Part shown: piece by piece, positions 55,318-64,000 of the stretch
Position numbering within the stretch: position 1 is the first letter of the stretch
Layout: every line of letters starts with the position of its first letter
NCBI GenBank assembly: GCA_035934015.1
Contig: DASYYH010000007.1
Span: 1,750 to 65,749, forward strand
Direction of reading: 5' to 3'
Origin: Candidatus Acidiferrales bacterium
GTDB taxonomy: Bacteria; Acidobacteriota; Terriglobia; Acidiferrales; UBA7541
DNA length: 64,000 bases
The notes under the pieces: model-generated
What the model was told of the DNA's origin: nothing
What the model saw: only the letters and a program-made list of their open reading frames with translations
The model's database searches: none
Translations under genes and position numbers: made by a program

Positions 55318-57513
55318 ATGAGCCGTGTTCACCTCGTCCTCCTCTGGCACATGCACCAGCCGCTTTACCGCGACCCCACAACCAATCGATACATCCTCCC
55401 GTGGACTCGGTTGCATGCGTTGAAAGATTATTGGGGTATGGTGGAAAGCCTTCGTGAATTTCCCAACTTTCATGCGACCTTCAACATTGTGCCTTCCATG
55501 GCCGAACAAATCGAGGAATACGCCAGCGGCATATTCAACGACCCCTGGGTCGACACGGCGTTCAAGCCGGCGGCCGAACTGAGCAAAATCAATAAGGAAG
55601 AAATCCTCGGCCGCGCTTTTCAGGTAAATCACGAAAACCTGATGGGCCGCTGGTCGCGATTCGTAAATTTGTTCCAGTGGTCGCAAAAGCTTGGCCGGGA
55701 GCGCACGCTCGCAGAATTCAACATCCGCGACTGGTGTGACTTGCAATTGCTCTCGCAGCTTGCCTGGATGGACGAAGAATATCTCGCGCTGGATCCCGTC
55801 GTTTCCGAACTCGCGCGCCGCGGAGAAAATTTCACTGAAGAAGACAAACAGAAGCTTTACGCCAAACAGGCGGAATTGTTGCGAAGGGTTTTGCCCGCGT
55901 ACCGTGAGTTTGCCGAGCGAGGCCAAATCGAAATTTCAACGACGCCGTTTTTCCATCCCATTCTTCCGCTGCTCTGCGATTCGCGAATCGCGCGTGTCGC
56001 TAACCCGCATTCACCGGAACTCGCTCCGCCCTTTCGTTTCCCGCAGGATGCGCATGAGCAATTGCTTCGCGCTCGCCGGTACCATGAAACGCGATTCGGT
56101 CGCCTTCCTGAAGGCCTCTGGCCCTCCGAAGGCTCTGTTTCCGATGAAGTACTCGCCATCGCCGCCGAAATGGGTTTCCGCTGGTTCGCCACGGATGAGG
56201 GAATCCTTGGCCGTACGCGAAATATCGGTTTTTGGCGCGACGAAGGCGGCGTGCCGGAAAATGCCCACGAACTCTATTCGCCGTGGCGATTTAAGTTCGG
56301 CGACAAGGAAATTGCCGGATTTTTCCGCGACCATTATCTTTCCGACCTCATCGGCTTTGTCTATTCCCGTATGGGCGCCAATGACGCGGCGGCGGATTTT
56401 CATCGCCGCCTTCGCATCATCGGCGAAAAGACTTCGGGCGACAAACCCGCGACGGTGTCGGTGATTCTCGACGGGGAAAACGCCTGGGAATACTATCGCG
56501 GCGGCGGCCGCGAGTTTTTGAAGCAGTTGTACAAAAAAATCTCCGAAGACCCCGAGATTCGCGCGCTCACGGCGTCGGAAGCCATCGCGGCAGGCGAAAT
56601 CGGCACTCTCGAAGGAATTTTCCCCGGCTCGTGGATCGATGCGAATTTCGATATCTGGACCGGTTCTTCTGAGGATATTCGTGCCTGGGAGCTTTTGCGC
56701 GATGCGCGCCAGGCCTATGCCGAGGCGGAAGCGGCAAGCCACGCTGCTGCACCGGCCGCCGCGGTCGCGCCGAATCTTGCCGCTGCGTATGACTCCTTGC
56801 TCGCTGCCGAAGGGAGCGACTGGTGCTGGTGGTACGGGCCGGAGCACGGCTCGGAGAACGATCGTGAGTTCGACGAACTCTATCGCAAGCACCTGACGCA
56901 AGTTTACGCCGCTCTCGGCCGCGAAGCGCCGCGCGCATTGGCCGAGCCCATCAAGAAAATCGGCGTGGCGCCCCAGGCCGCGCCGCCGACGGACTGGCTC
57001 CATGTTTTCATCGACGGACGCGTAAGCTCCTATTTCGAGTGGCTCGGTGCCGGACAGTTCGGCGCAGCGCGACGCGGCGCCTCGATGCACGGCCAGCCGT
57101 ATGTCCTCGGCGAACTCCTCTTTGGCTTCAATGAAGAATGGCTATTCGTGCGCCTCGACCCGACGCGCGAAGGATTCGAACAGCTTGCGAATTGCGAGTT
57201 TCGGTTCATCTTCCAGGCGGGTTGCGAAATCGAGGTTTCTCTTAAGCTTGGCGAAGGCAAGCTTGTGAGTGCCATAGCCGAAAAAGACACTGCCGAAATC
57301 TCGCCTGATTCGGCTAAATATGCCGCGGCAATCGGCAAAGTCATCGAAGTCGGCGTTGCCAAGGAACTTTTTTCTCTTCGAGGGCAGCAGTCCGTCCTCT
57401 TGAGCGTCTCTTTGTGGCGCGGTGGCCTTCCCATCGAACTGCTTCCGCCGGAAGGCTCGATTGAAATCCGCCTAGGAGAAGAGAATTTCGCATGGCCAGT
57501 CGAACCGTCCTAA
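55318..57513 (+). CDS. Glycoside hydrolase family 57 protein (alpha-glucan-active)
   Basis: N-terminal LVLLWHMHQPLYRD and ...ISTTPFFHPILPLL..., DGENAWEYY, WIDANF. Confidence 0.85.
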   Translation: MSRVHLVLLWHMHQPLYRDPTTNRYILPWTRLHALKDYWGMVESLREFPNFHATFNIVPSMAEQIEEYASGIFNDPWVDTAFKPAAELSKINKEEILGRAFQVNHENLMGRWSRFVNLFQWSQKLGRERTLAEFNIRDWCDLQLLSQLAWMDEEYLALDPVVSELARRGENFTEEDKQKLYAKQAELLRRVLPAYREFAERGQIEISTTPFFHPILPLLCDSRIARVANPHSPELAPPFRFPQDAHEQLLRARRYHETRFGRLPEGLWPSEGSVSDEVLAIAAEMGFRWFATDEGILGRTRNIGFWRDEGGVPENAHELYSPWRFKFGDKEIAGFFRDHYLSDLIGFVYSRMGANDAAADFHRRLRIIGEKTSGDKPATVSVILDGENAWEYYRGGGREFLKQLYKKISEDPEIRALTASEAIAAGEIGTLEGIFPGSWIDANFDIWTGSSEDIRAWELLRDARQAYAEAEAASHAAAPAAAVAPNLAAAYDSLLAAEGSDWCWWYGPEHGSENDREFDELYRKHLTQVYAALGREAPRALAEPIKKIGVAPQAAPPTDWLHVFIDGRVSSYFEWLGAGQFGAARRGASMHGQPYVLGELLFGFNEEWLFVRLDPTREGFEQLANCEFRFIFQAGCEIEVSLKLGEGKLVSAIAEKDTAEISPDSAKYAAAIGKVIEVGVAKELFSLRGQQSVLLSVSLWRGGLPIELLPPEGSIEIRLGEENFAWPVEPS

Positions 57514-57605
57514 TCTTTACTCCCGCCTCTTCGAATGATCGCCATATTGCAAGAAAATGGCGTTGCTCGGCGACCTCTGGGCATAATTGTCCCCACAGTA
57601 AACGA

Positions 57606-57633
57606 TTGACAGAATTCGAGATATGCGTATATT
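57606..57633 (+). promoter_or_regulatory. Putative near-consensus sigma70-type promoter of the giant surface-protein gene
   Basis: TTGACA (57606-57611), 16-nt spacer, TATATT (57628-57633). It lies 45 nt upstream of ATG 57679. Confidence 0.45.
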
Positions 57634-57678
57634 GGTTCTCTGTCCCCCATTGCTTGGGATAAGACGTCAGCCTTCCCT

Positions 57679-60600
57679 ATGATACGTGTCTTCACCTCTC
57701 GGTCACGGTGCTGGGTGTCGCTCAATTCTCGTTCTAAGGTATTTTTTCGGTTCGCCGCCTTCGCCGTGCTCGCCTTGGGCCTTGGGTGCGTTTTCATCGT
57801 CCGGCGGGCGCCTCGTCGCCATGTTCCTTTCCCTCAAGATACGCAACATCCTGCTGCTGCCCGCGCCCGTTTTTCGTTCGCGCCTCTCAAGCAAGGTGCC
57901 AGTCCGCCGCAGAATCTCTCCTGGGAGTTTGAACCCAACGTTGGCCAAGCTGCGCCGCGAGCGAAATTCCTCGCTCGTGCGAATGACGCTTCCTTGTTTC
58001 TGGCGCAGGACAGTTTGGCCATCGTATGGTCCAGTCGCGCCGCGAAGCCCGGGACTCAATCCCTTGCACCGCGCCAGACAGCTCTCCAAATGGATTTCGA
58101 AGGCGCGCAGAAGAATGTTCGCCTCAGCGGCGAACGATTGCTTCCGGGCAAGACCAACTATCTCCTCGGCAACGATCCTCGCAAATGGCACACAAACGTT
58201 CCGCACTATGCCAGCGTTCAATATCGCGGCCTTTATCCGCAGATTGACGCTCAGTTCTATGGCAATCTCCACGGCCTCGAATACGATCTGATCGTCCAGC
58301 CCGGCGGCGATTTGCGAAACGCCCGGCTCCTTTTTCACGGAGCGAGCGCCCTGCAAATGAATCGCGTCGGCGACGTCCTTGTGCGTGTCGGCAGTCGTCA
58401 AATCGCTATGCATCGCCCGCAGGTTTATCAGCAGGATCACGGACGCCGCATCGATGTCGCTGGCGGCTACAAACTGCTCAGTCGTGATGAGATTGGCTTC
58501 ACCGTCGGCAAGTATCGCGCCGATCTTCCACTCGTCGTCGATCCCCAGATTTCTATTGCCTATACAACTTTCCTCGGCGGCAACGGCGCGGACAAGGCCA
58601 ACAGCGTCGCTGTCGATTCTTCAGGGAACGTTTACGTCGGCGGAACAACCACCAATATCACAACGTTTCCTGAATCGACGACCTGCAACGACGTAACATC
58701 TACGACCTGCGGTGGCGCCAGCTCAGGTGCTACATCGAATCTCTTCGTGGCAAAAATCAATCCTAACCCCAGCGGCGGCGCCAGCGGCCTCGTGTACCTG
58801 ACCTTCATCGGTGGCTCCGGCAACGATCAAGGCGGAATGATCGCATTGGACAATTCTCCCGGGGCTTCGAACCCTCCCAATCTCGCCATCCTCGGCTGGA
58901 CCACCTCCGCCAATTTTCCAGTGACCGTGACTTCCGGCAATCCCGGCAGTTCTCTCGACGGCTCCTCGGATATGACCGTCACTGACTTGAACGGCGCCGG
59001 CAGCGGATTGAACTATTCTGAATATTACGGTGGCAGCGGCGCGGAAGCCGCGCAAGGCTATGCCGGCATCGCCACAGATTCCACCGGAGACGTGTTTATA
59101 ACCTCCGATACATCCTCCACGGATTTGCTGACAGCGATACCGCCAATCACGACGGGTTTTCAGTCAACCTATGGCGGCGGTGCGAGCGACGGTTTCCTCG
59201 CCGAATTTACGGCATCCACAGGCACCCTCGCGTACGCAACCTACTTTGGTATCGACGCCACGGTGGCGAGCACGAGCATTGCGCTCGATAGCTCTGGCCA
59301 TGCCTACATTGCCGGATTTACGTCTCTCCCAGCGACTAACTTTCCGGCGACCAACCGTTTTTCCGGCGGCCCCGGCGGTGGCTCGTCTGACGCTTTTGTA
59401 ATGCAGATCAATCCCGCTTCAGGCGGCGGGATCGTTTACGCTTCGACCTTCGGCGGCAGCGGCGCAGACCAGGCGCTCGCCATCGCTGTCGACACTTCAT
59501 CACCGCCAGACGCCTACATCACCGGCGTAACTCAATCGGCAGATTTCATCGTTTCCGGCCTGCCCGATTCACCTTTTCAGTCGTCGCTCAACGGTACCAG
59601 CAACGCGTTTCTCGCTGTTGTGTCTCAGACCAGCGCCACGCCTACGGTTACTTCCCTCCAATACGAAACCTATCTTGGCGGAACGGGCTCAGATTCGGGA
59701 CAGGGAATTGCCGTGGTTTCGCCGCCGGTGGTTTCTGCGCCACAGGTATACGTTGTCGGCAAGACGACCTCGAACAATTTCCCGGTCCTGTGCTCTTTAC
59801 AAAGTTTCACCGGCAGTCAGGACGCCTTTCTCGCCGAACTAAATCCCACAGTGAGCGGTGCTTCGTCGCTCATTTACAACAGTTTTCTCGCTGGCAGCGC
59901 GAGCACGGAAGCCAACGCTGTCGCGACGGACTCTGCCGGAGATGCCGTCGTCGCTGGCGACACCACATCCAATGATTATCCGCTCGTCACCGGCGCTCCT
60001 CAGACCGGCATACAGCCAACCTGCACAAGCTGCGCGCTCACGCCCGCAGAGTCGGACACTTTTCTAACCACTGTCACGCTCCCCAGCGGCCCTCCCGCCT
60101 GCGGCGCGTATGCCCCTTCGGTCGGCGCCATAGGCTCCTTCGCGGAGGGCACATCCTCTCCTCCGCTGAATGTGCAATTCACAAATGACGGCTCTGCTGG
60201 CTCAACTCTGAACATTACCGGTTTCACGGTTTCAGGCACAAACGCTTCCGATTTCGTCGCCAGCGGCCCAAGCACAGGCACAAGTTGCCTGGCCAACCCG
60301 CCGCTTGCGCAAGGAGCCAGGTGCGACTTCCAGGTCGTTTTTACTCCTTCGACCGTCGGGCCGGAAACTGCCGAAGTGCAAATTACCGACGACGGCGTTG
60401 GCAGCCCGCAAGTCTTGGATCTGACAGGAACAGGCACTTCGGTTGAAGTCAATCTCGCTCCGAACTCATTAGTCTTCCCGAGCACGCCGCAAGGTCTAAC
60501 CAGCCCCGCACCGCAGAACCCTGTGCTGATGAACGTCGGCTCCAACAACTTTACTCTGACTACAGTCCAGCTTTTGGGGACCAACGCGTCGGACTTTGCG

Positions 60601-62337
60601 TTTACCACCGGTAACACCTGCACGACTGGTTTACAGCTCACCCCTGGATCACCATGCACAATCGCCGTGAATTTCGCCCCGAATGAACCAAATCCTCCGC
60701 AAACACTTTCAGCCCAAGTCTCCATCTTGCTCACGGATACCACGAATGCCACGGAGACCGTCACAGTGTCGCTTTCCGGGACCGAGGTAGCTGCTACGCC
60801 GGAGGCCATCCCCTCTCCCGCATCACTCACATTTACAAACGAAAACATCGGCGTCGCCTCCGGGTCACAGCCCGTTACTCTCACAAACAACGGCAACGTT
60901 GCTCTTTCGATCTCCAGCATTTCGCTTGCCGGCTTAAACCCGGGTGATTTTTCTCTTTTGCCCGCGGGCAATTGCCCGATTTCGCCCTCCACACTCACTT
61001 CTACTTCGCCGAATAATTCCTGCACAATCAATGCAACTTTCAAGCCGACCGCGACCGGCCTTCGCTCCGCCAGCATCACGGTTACCGACAACGCCAGTAC
61101 ATCTCCTCAATCAATTCCTCTATCCGGCACGGGAACATCCCCCGGCGTGAATTTCTCGCTGCCGAACTTAACTTTCGGCCCGCAGGATGTCTCGACTTCG
61201 AGCACGCCGCCTCAGACGGTGATGCTCTCAAACACCGGCAGCGGCCCGCTAACCATCAGCAGCATTGGGTTCACGGGTACAAATCCCGGCGACTTTTCGC
61301 AGACAAACAATTGCCCCTCGTCTTCGTCGACTCTCAATCAAAATAGTTCTTGCACGATTTCCGTCACGTTCACGCCCACGGCCACCGGCTCTCGCTCCGC
61401 GCTTCTGACCGTCACCGACGACGCCACCACGTCACCGCAGACGTTGCCTGTTTCCGGCACCGGCGCGCAGCCGACCGCTCTCTTCGTTCCCAACGGTCTG
61501 CAATTTCCCACGACCGTCGTGGGGATCAAGGTCGCGGGCGTGCCTGTTCAGGTGCAAAACACCGGCAACGGTCCACTCGTGATTAGCAATATCGCTTTCA
61601 CTGGCACGGATCCGGGCGACTTCTCCGCCGCCGGCACTTGCGTTCCCGCTGGATCGAACGTCACCGTCGCTGCAGGAGGAAATTGCTCGCTCAATCTCTC
61701 GTTCTTGCCGACAAGCTCCGGAACGCGCACGGCAAGTCTCGTCCTTACTGACAACGCGCCAAACAGCCCCCAGGCAGACGCGCTCAATGGTTCGGCGCAG
61801 GACTATCAATTGCAACCCATTTCCGGCGGCTCGACCTCCGCGACTGTCGCCGCAGGCTCATCAGCGACCATCAGCATGCAGGTGACGCCATTTAACGGTT
61901 TCACCGGCACCGTGAATCTCTTATGCAGCGACTCGATAACCGGCAGCGCGTGTTCAATCACTCCTTCCGTCACGGTGTCGGGGAATTCGGCGGCTCCTTT
62001 CACCGTGAACCTCACGACAACGGCTGCCAAGAGCTTCGCGCCGTTCAGCGGTCCTTTCGGTTCGCGTCCATTACGGCGCACTCCGGTGCCGCTGTGGACA
62101 GTCTGGCTCTTGGCTCTTGCTATGTTGGCGTTCTTGATGAAGACGAAGGCGCGCCGCCGTTATCTACGGCCTTTGCTGGTTCTCAGTCTGCTGGCATTGT
62201 CTTCCTGCGGAGGAGGGAACAGCAACAACACAACGCAAGGCACGGCCACGCCTCCCGGCACATACACCGTCGTGGTGACGGGAACGATCACCGGTACATC
62301 CCGCTCAGTGAATCTGACGCTGACCGTCACGCCGTAG
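57679..62337 (+). CDS. Giant (1552-aa) cell-surface protein: FEPNxGQ N-domain, SBBP beta-propeller repeats, five choice-of-anchor-D-like Ig modules, membrane-anchor tail
   Basis: Signal-anchor VFFRFAAFAVLALGLGCVFIV. FEPNVGQ motif. SBBP-type repeats (YTTFLGGNGADKANSVAVDSSGNVYVGGTT...). Repeated L.F....G..S..Q.V.L.N.G...L.I..I...G....DF modules. Confidence 0.85.
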   Translation: MIRVFTSRSRCWVSLNSRSKVFFRFAAFAVLALGLGCVFIVRRAPRRHVPFPQDTQHPAAARARFSFAPLKQGASPPQNLSWEFEPNVGQAAPRAKFLARANDASLFLAQDSLAIVWSSRAAKPGTQSLAPRQTALQMDFEGAQKNVRLSGERLLPGKTNYLLGNDPRKWHTNVPHYASVQYRGLYPQIDAQFYGNLHGLEYDLIVQPGGDLRNARLLFHGASALQMNRVGDVLVRVGSRQIAMHRPQVYQQDHGRRIDVAGGYKLLSRDEIGFTVGKYRADLPLVVDPQISIAYTTFLGGNGADKANSVAVDSSGNVYVGGTTTNITTFPESTTCNDVTSTTCGGASSGATSNLFVAKINPNPSGGASGLVYLTFIGGSGNDQGGMIALDNSPGASNPPNLAILGWTTSANFPVTVTSGNPGSSLDGSSDMTVTDLNGAGSGLNYSEYYGGSGAEAAQGYAGIATDSTGDVFITSDTSSTDLLTAIPPITTGFQSTYGGGASDGFLAEFTASTGTLAYATYFGIDATVASTSIALDSSGHAYIAGFTSLPATNFPATNRFSGGPGGGSSDAFVMQINPASGGGIVYASTFGGSGADQALAIAVDTSSPPDAYITGVTQSADFIVSGLPDSPFQSSLNGTSNAFLAVVSQTSATPTVTSLQYETYLGGTGSDSGQGIAVVSPPVVSAPQVYVVGKTTSNNFPVLCSLQSFTGSQDAFLAELNPTVSGASSLIYNSFLAGSASTEANAVATDSAGDAVVAGDTTSNDYPLVTGAPQTGIQPTCTSCALTPAESDTFLTTVTLPSGPPACGAYAPSVGAIGSFAEGTSSPPLNVQFTNDGSAGSTLNITGFTVSGTNASDFVASGPSTGTSCLANPPLAQGARCDFQVVFTPSTVGPETAEVQITDDGVGSPQVLDLTGTGTSVEVNLAPNSLVFPSTPQGLTSPAPQNPVLMNVGSNNFTLTTVQLLGTNASDFAFTTGNTCTTGLQLTPGSPCTIAVNFAPNEPNPPQTLSAQVSILLTDTTNATETVTVSLSGTEVAATPEAIPSPASLTFTNENIGVASGSQPVTLTNNGNVALSISSISLAGLNPGDFSLLPAGNCPISPSTLTSTSPNNSCTINATFKPTATGLRSASITVTDNASTSPQSIPLSGTGTSPGVNFSLPNLTFGPQDVSTSSTPPQTVMLSNTGSGPLTISSIGFTGTNPGDFSQTNNCPSSSSTLNQNSSCTISVTFTPTATGSRSALLTVTDDATTSPQTLPVSGTGAQPTALFVPNGLQFPTTVVGIKVAGVPVQVQNTGNGPLVISNIAFTGTDPGDFSAAGTCVPAGSNVTVAAGGNCSLNLSFLPTSSGTRTASLVLTDNAPNSPQADALNGSAQDYQLQPISGGSTSATVAAGSSATISMQVTPFNGFTGTVNLLCSDSITGSACSITPSVTVSGNSAAPFTVNLTTTAAKSFAPFSGPFGSRPLRRTPVPLWTVWLLALAMLAFLMKTKARRRYLRPLLVLSLLALSSCGGGNSNNTTQGTATPPGTYTVVVTGTITGTSRSVNLTLTVTP
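60090..61800 (+). repeat. Tandem array of five roughly 100-115-aa choice-of-anchor-D-like modules (protein-level repeats)
   Basis: Modules end in ...TGTG/SGTG/SGTE linkers. Recurrent motifs are FxPT(A/S)xGxRSAx(L/I)xVTD and GxNPGDFS. Confidence 0.7.
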
Positions 62338-62343
62338 CAAATC

Positions 62344-63510
62344 TCAGAAGAGTTTGATTGCCAGATCACGCGGACTTCGGCCCACGGGCACGAGAGTAAT
62401 CAGCGCATTCGTATCCGTGCGAATCGCCGCCAGGTCATCCGAGCCTGCATCCACCACCAGCGCCATATCCCCGATCGGCGCAAACTGAATGACGCCGGGG
62501 CCCTGTCCCGTTGTTACCGGAGGGCCGATCTGCCTGGTTCCGATCTCTACAGGCACCACATGCGAAGCGCCCGCGTCGGAAACGTACAGCGACGCGCCGT
62601 CTGGCGACAGGATCGCCCGTGTCGGCGCCGCTCCAAGCATTAGGTAGCCCGAAACCTCGTTCGTCCACGTGTCCACAAAAATTAATCCATGCGCGTCCGG
62701 CGACACGACATACAGCTCTCCACCGTCCTTCGAAAAGACAAAACTTCCAGTTGTGCCGCCGAGATCAAGATTTGTGATCGTCTCGAATTTTCGCAGGTCG
62801 ACGATCGAAATGCGGTTGCTGCTCCCTGAGGAGATATAAGCCTTCGAGCCGTCAGGAATGATTCCTATCTGTTCCGGATCGGCAACCACGTGCGCGACGC
62901 CGCGAGGCGCAAGCGTCGCTGCATCCAGCACGGAAACCGTTGCGTCGCCGCGATTCGTCACCACAACGAGCTTGCCATCGGGCGTCGTTCGCGCAATCCA
63001 CGGACGTCGCCCCGCTCGCCCGCGTGCCACAATTTGCCGCGAGGCGCAATCAACCGCCATCACGGCGTCCGCACCAGAAGCCGCGACGTACACACGAGCG
63101 CCATCAGGCGAAAAATCCAGCGCGTAAGGAGTCGCCCCAACGCGAATTCGCGAAACAATTTGGTTCGAGCGCGTGTCGAGCACCCAGACGTATCCGCCCG
63201 CCGTGCTGACTCCCCAGATTTCGTCCCGTTTTGGATCCGCGCGAATCCCGCTCGGCTCCGGGCCTACAGGAATCGTCGCCTCCGGCTTCAGGCTCACCAG
63301 ATCCACCACGGTCAGCGTGCCGTCCGCCGTGTTTGCCACATACGCATATAAATGCAGTCCCGGCCGCAGAAATGACGGGCGGTGCTCGCGGGCGATCTCA
63401 ATCGCGGCCACTCCCAGCAGAACAATGAGGACAAAGATCAGCCGCGCATTCCAGCGGGAACGATTCCTGCGCGGTGGGCCAGGGACAGCCGAGAGTGGCG
63501 GGACGCTCAC
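62344..63510 (-). CDS. YVTN-family beta-propeller repeat protein with N-terminal membrane anchor
   Basis: Anchor LIFVLIVLLGVAAIEIA. Repeated ...YV(A/S)N...g.v(s/t)V(i/l)D... blades (YAYVANTADGTLTVVDL, VTNRGDATVSVLD, YISSGSSNRISIVDL, YVSDAGASHVVPVE). Confidence 0.8.
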   Translation of the reverse strand: MSVPPLSAVPGPPRRNRSRWNARLIFVLIVLLGVAAIEIAREHRPSFLRPGLHLYAYVANTADGTLTVVDLVSLKPEATIPVGPEPSGIRADPKRDEIWGVSTAGGYVWVLDTRSNQIVSRIRVGATPYALDFSPDGARVYVAASGADAVMAVDCASRQIVARGRAGRRPWIARTTPDGKLVVVTNRGDATVSVLDAATLAPRGVAHVVADPEQIGIIPDGSKAYISSGSSNRISIVDLRKFETITNLDLGGTTGSFVFSKDGGELYVVSPDAHGLIFVDTWTNEVSGYLMLGAAPTRAILSPDGASLYVSDAGASHVVPVEIGTRQIGPPVTTGQGPGVIQFAPIGDMALVVDAGSDDLAAIRTDTNALITLVPVGRSPRDLAIKLF

Positions 63511-63516
63511 AGGATC

Positions 63517-64000
63517 TTAATTCAGCGCGCGATGAACCACGGATGCAATTTGCCGGATTTCGCCCATCAACTGCTCGAGCTCTTCAGGAACGATCGACTG
63601 CATGCCGTCGGAAAGCGCCTTGTCGGGATTGTGATGCACTTCGACAATCAATCCATCCGCGCCCACGGCAACAGCCGCCCGCGAAAGCGGCAAAACCTTA
63701 TTCCGGCGTCCCGTTCCGTGGCTCGGGTCCACTAGGATCGGCAGATGGCTGCGCAATTGCACCGCCGGAATCACGCTCAAATCCAGTGTGTTTCGCGTGA
63801 AATCGGAAAACGTCCGCACGCCGCGCTCGCAGAGCATCAGTTGATAGTTGCCTTCCGAAAGGACGTACTCCGCGGCCATCAGAAATTCATCCAGAGTCGC
63901 CGAAAGACCGCGTTTCAGCAGCACGGGTTTCGAAGCTTTCCCCGCGCGCTTCAGCAGCGAAAAATTTTGCATGTTTCGCGCGCCGATTTGAATCACGTCC
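63517..64000 (-). CDS. aroF: 3-deoxy-7-phosphoheptulonate (DAHP) synthase, type I-beta, 5' part outside the window
   Basis: [70 protein letters not shown]. The ORF runs off the right edge. Confidence 0.85.
   Translation of the reverse strand, partial: DVIQIGARNMQNFSLLKRAGKASKPVLLKRGLSATLDEFLMAAEYVLSEGNYQLMLCERGVRTFSDFTRNTLDLSVIPAVQLRSHLPILVDPSHGTGRRNKVLPLSRAAVAVGADGLIVEVHHNPDKALSDGMQSIVPEELEQLMGEIRQIASVVHRALN

Noticed and set aside
55261-55926. The 222-codon N-terminal extension of the 1009-aa ORF 52897..55926
   Set aside because: It runs antisense through the well-supported GH57 gene (55318..57513) and has no family features. The LptF-type N-terminus MRILDRYI begins at ATG 55260.
1-64000. 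tRNA, rRNA, tmRNA, RNase P RNA, CRISPR arrays, IS elements, integrases, prophage genes
   Set aside because: Intergenic regions are short (mostly under 240 nt) and none shows cloverleaf-compatible arms, regularly spaced repeats or terminal inverted repeats. No ORF shows DDE, tyrosine or serine recombinase motifs. This scan was by eye only. tRNAscan-SE, Infernal and ISfinder searches would be the decisive check.

Overview
GC-rich 64-kb chromosomal segment (about 60% G+C in typical lines by hand count) holding about 50 protein-coding genes in alternating co-directional blocks. I recognised no rRNA, tRNA, CRISPR array, transposase or integrase. Gene content suggests an Acidobacteriota (Terriglobia-like) genome: a TIGR03436-style VWFA-related acidobacterial protein, a giant SBBP/choice-of-anchor-D surface protein and a YVTN propeller. 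This taxonomic call is inference only. Most genes are housekeeping: trpS, scpAB, rluB, hisC, rarA, mutS, anmK, the uppS-cdsA-dxr-rseP cluster plus fur, ribF, mazG, recO-glyQ-glyS-ppdK-udk, an lptF/lptG fusion, a GH57 enzyme and aroF. Four things look worth follow-up. (1) At 25.4-28.3 kb, a structured terminator-containing leader precedes a pore-less MgtE-type sensor protein (PRC + MgtE_N + CBS). Its stop codon directly abuts an NRAMP-fold transporter whose metal site carries NRMT-type (Mg2+-like) substitutions. (2) An AT-richer islet at 34.2-36.3 kb holds a secreted 6-Cys miniprotein with inhibitor-cystine-knot spacing. Next to it is a membrane-anchored TlpA-like thioredoxin gene broken by a C8 homopolymer frameshift. 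(3) A Sec-exported protein carries a metallothionein-like 12-Cys cluster, and its putative promoter spacer contains the only other long G/C homopolymer in the window. (4) trpS carries a Thermotoga-type Fe-S Cys motif and a 71-aa AT-rich insertion. A displaced copy of its 3' end differs from the functional copy only at synonymous positions. All family assignments are by-eye motif recognition on the supplied translations. No database search, folding or statistics program was run.
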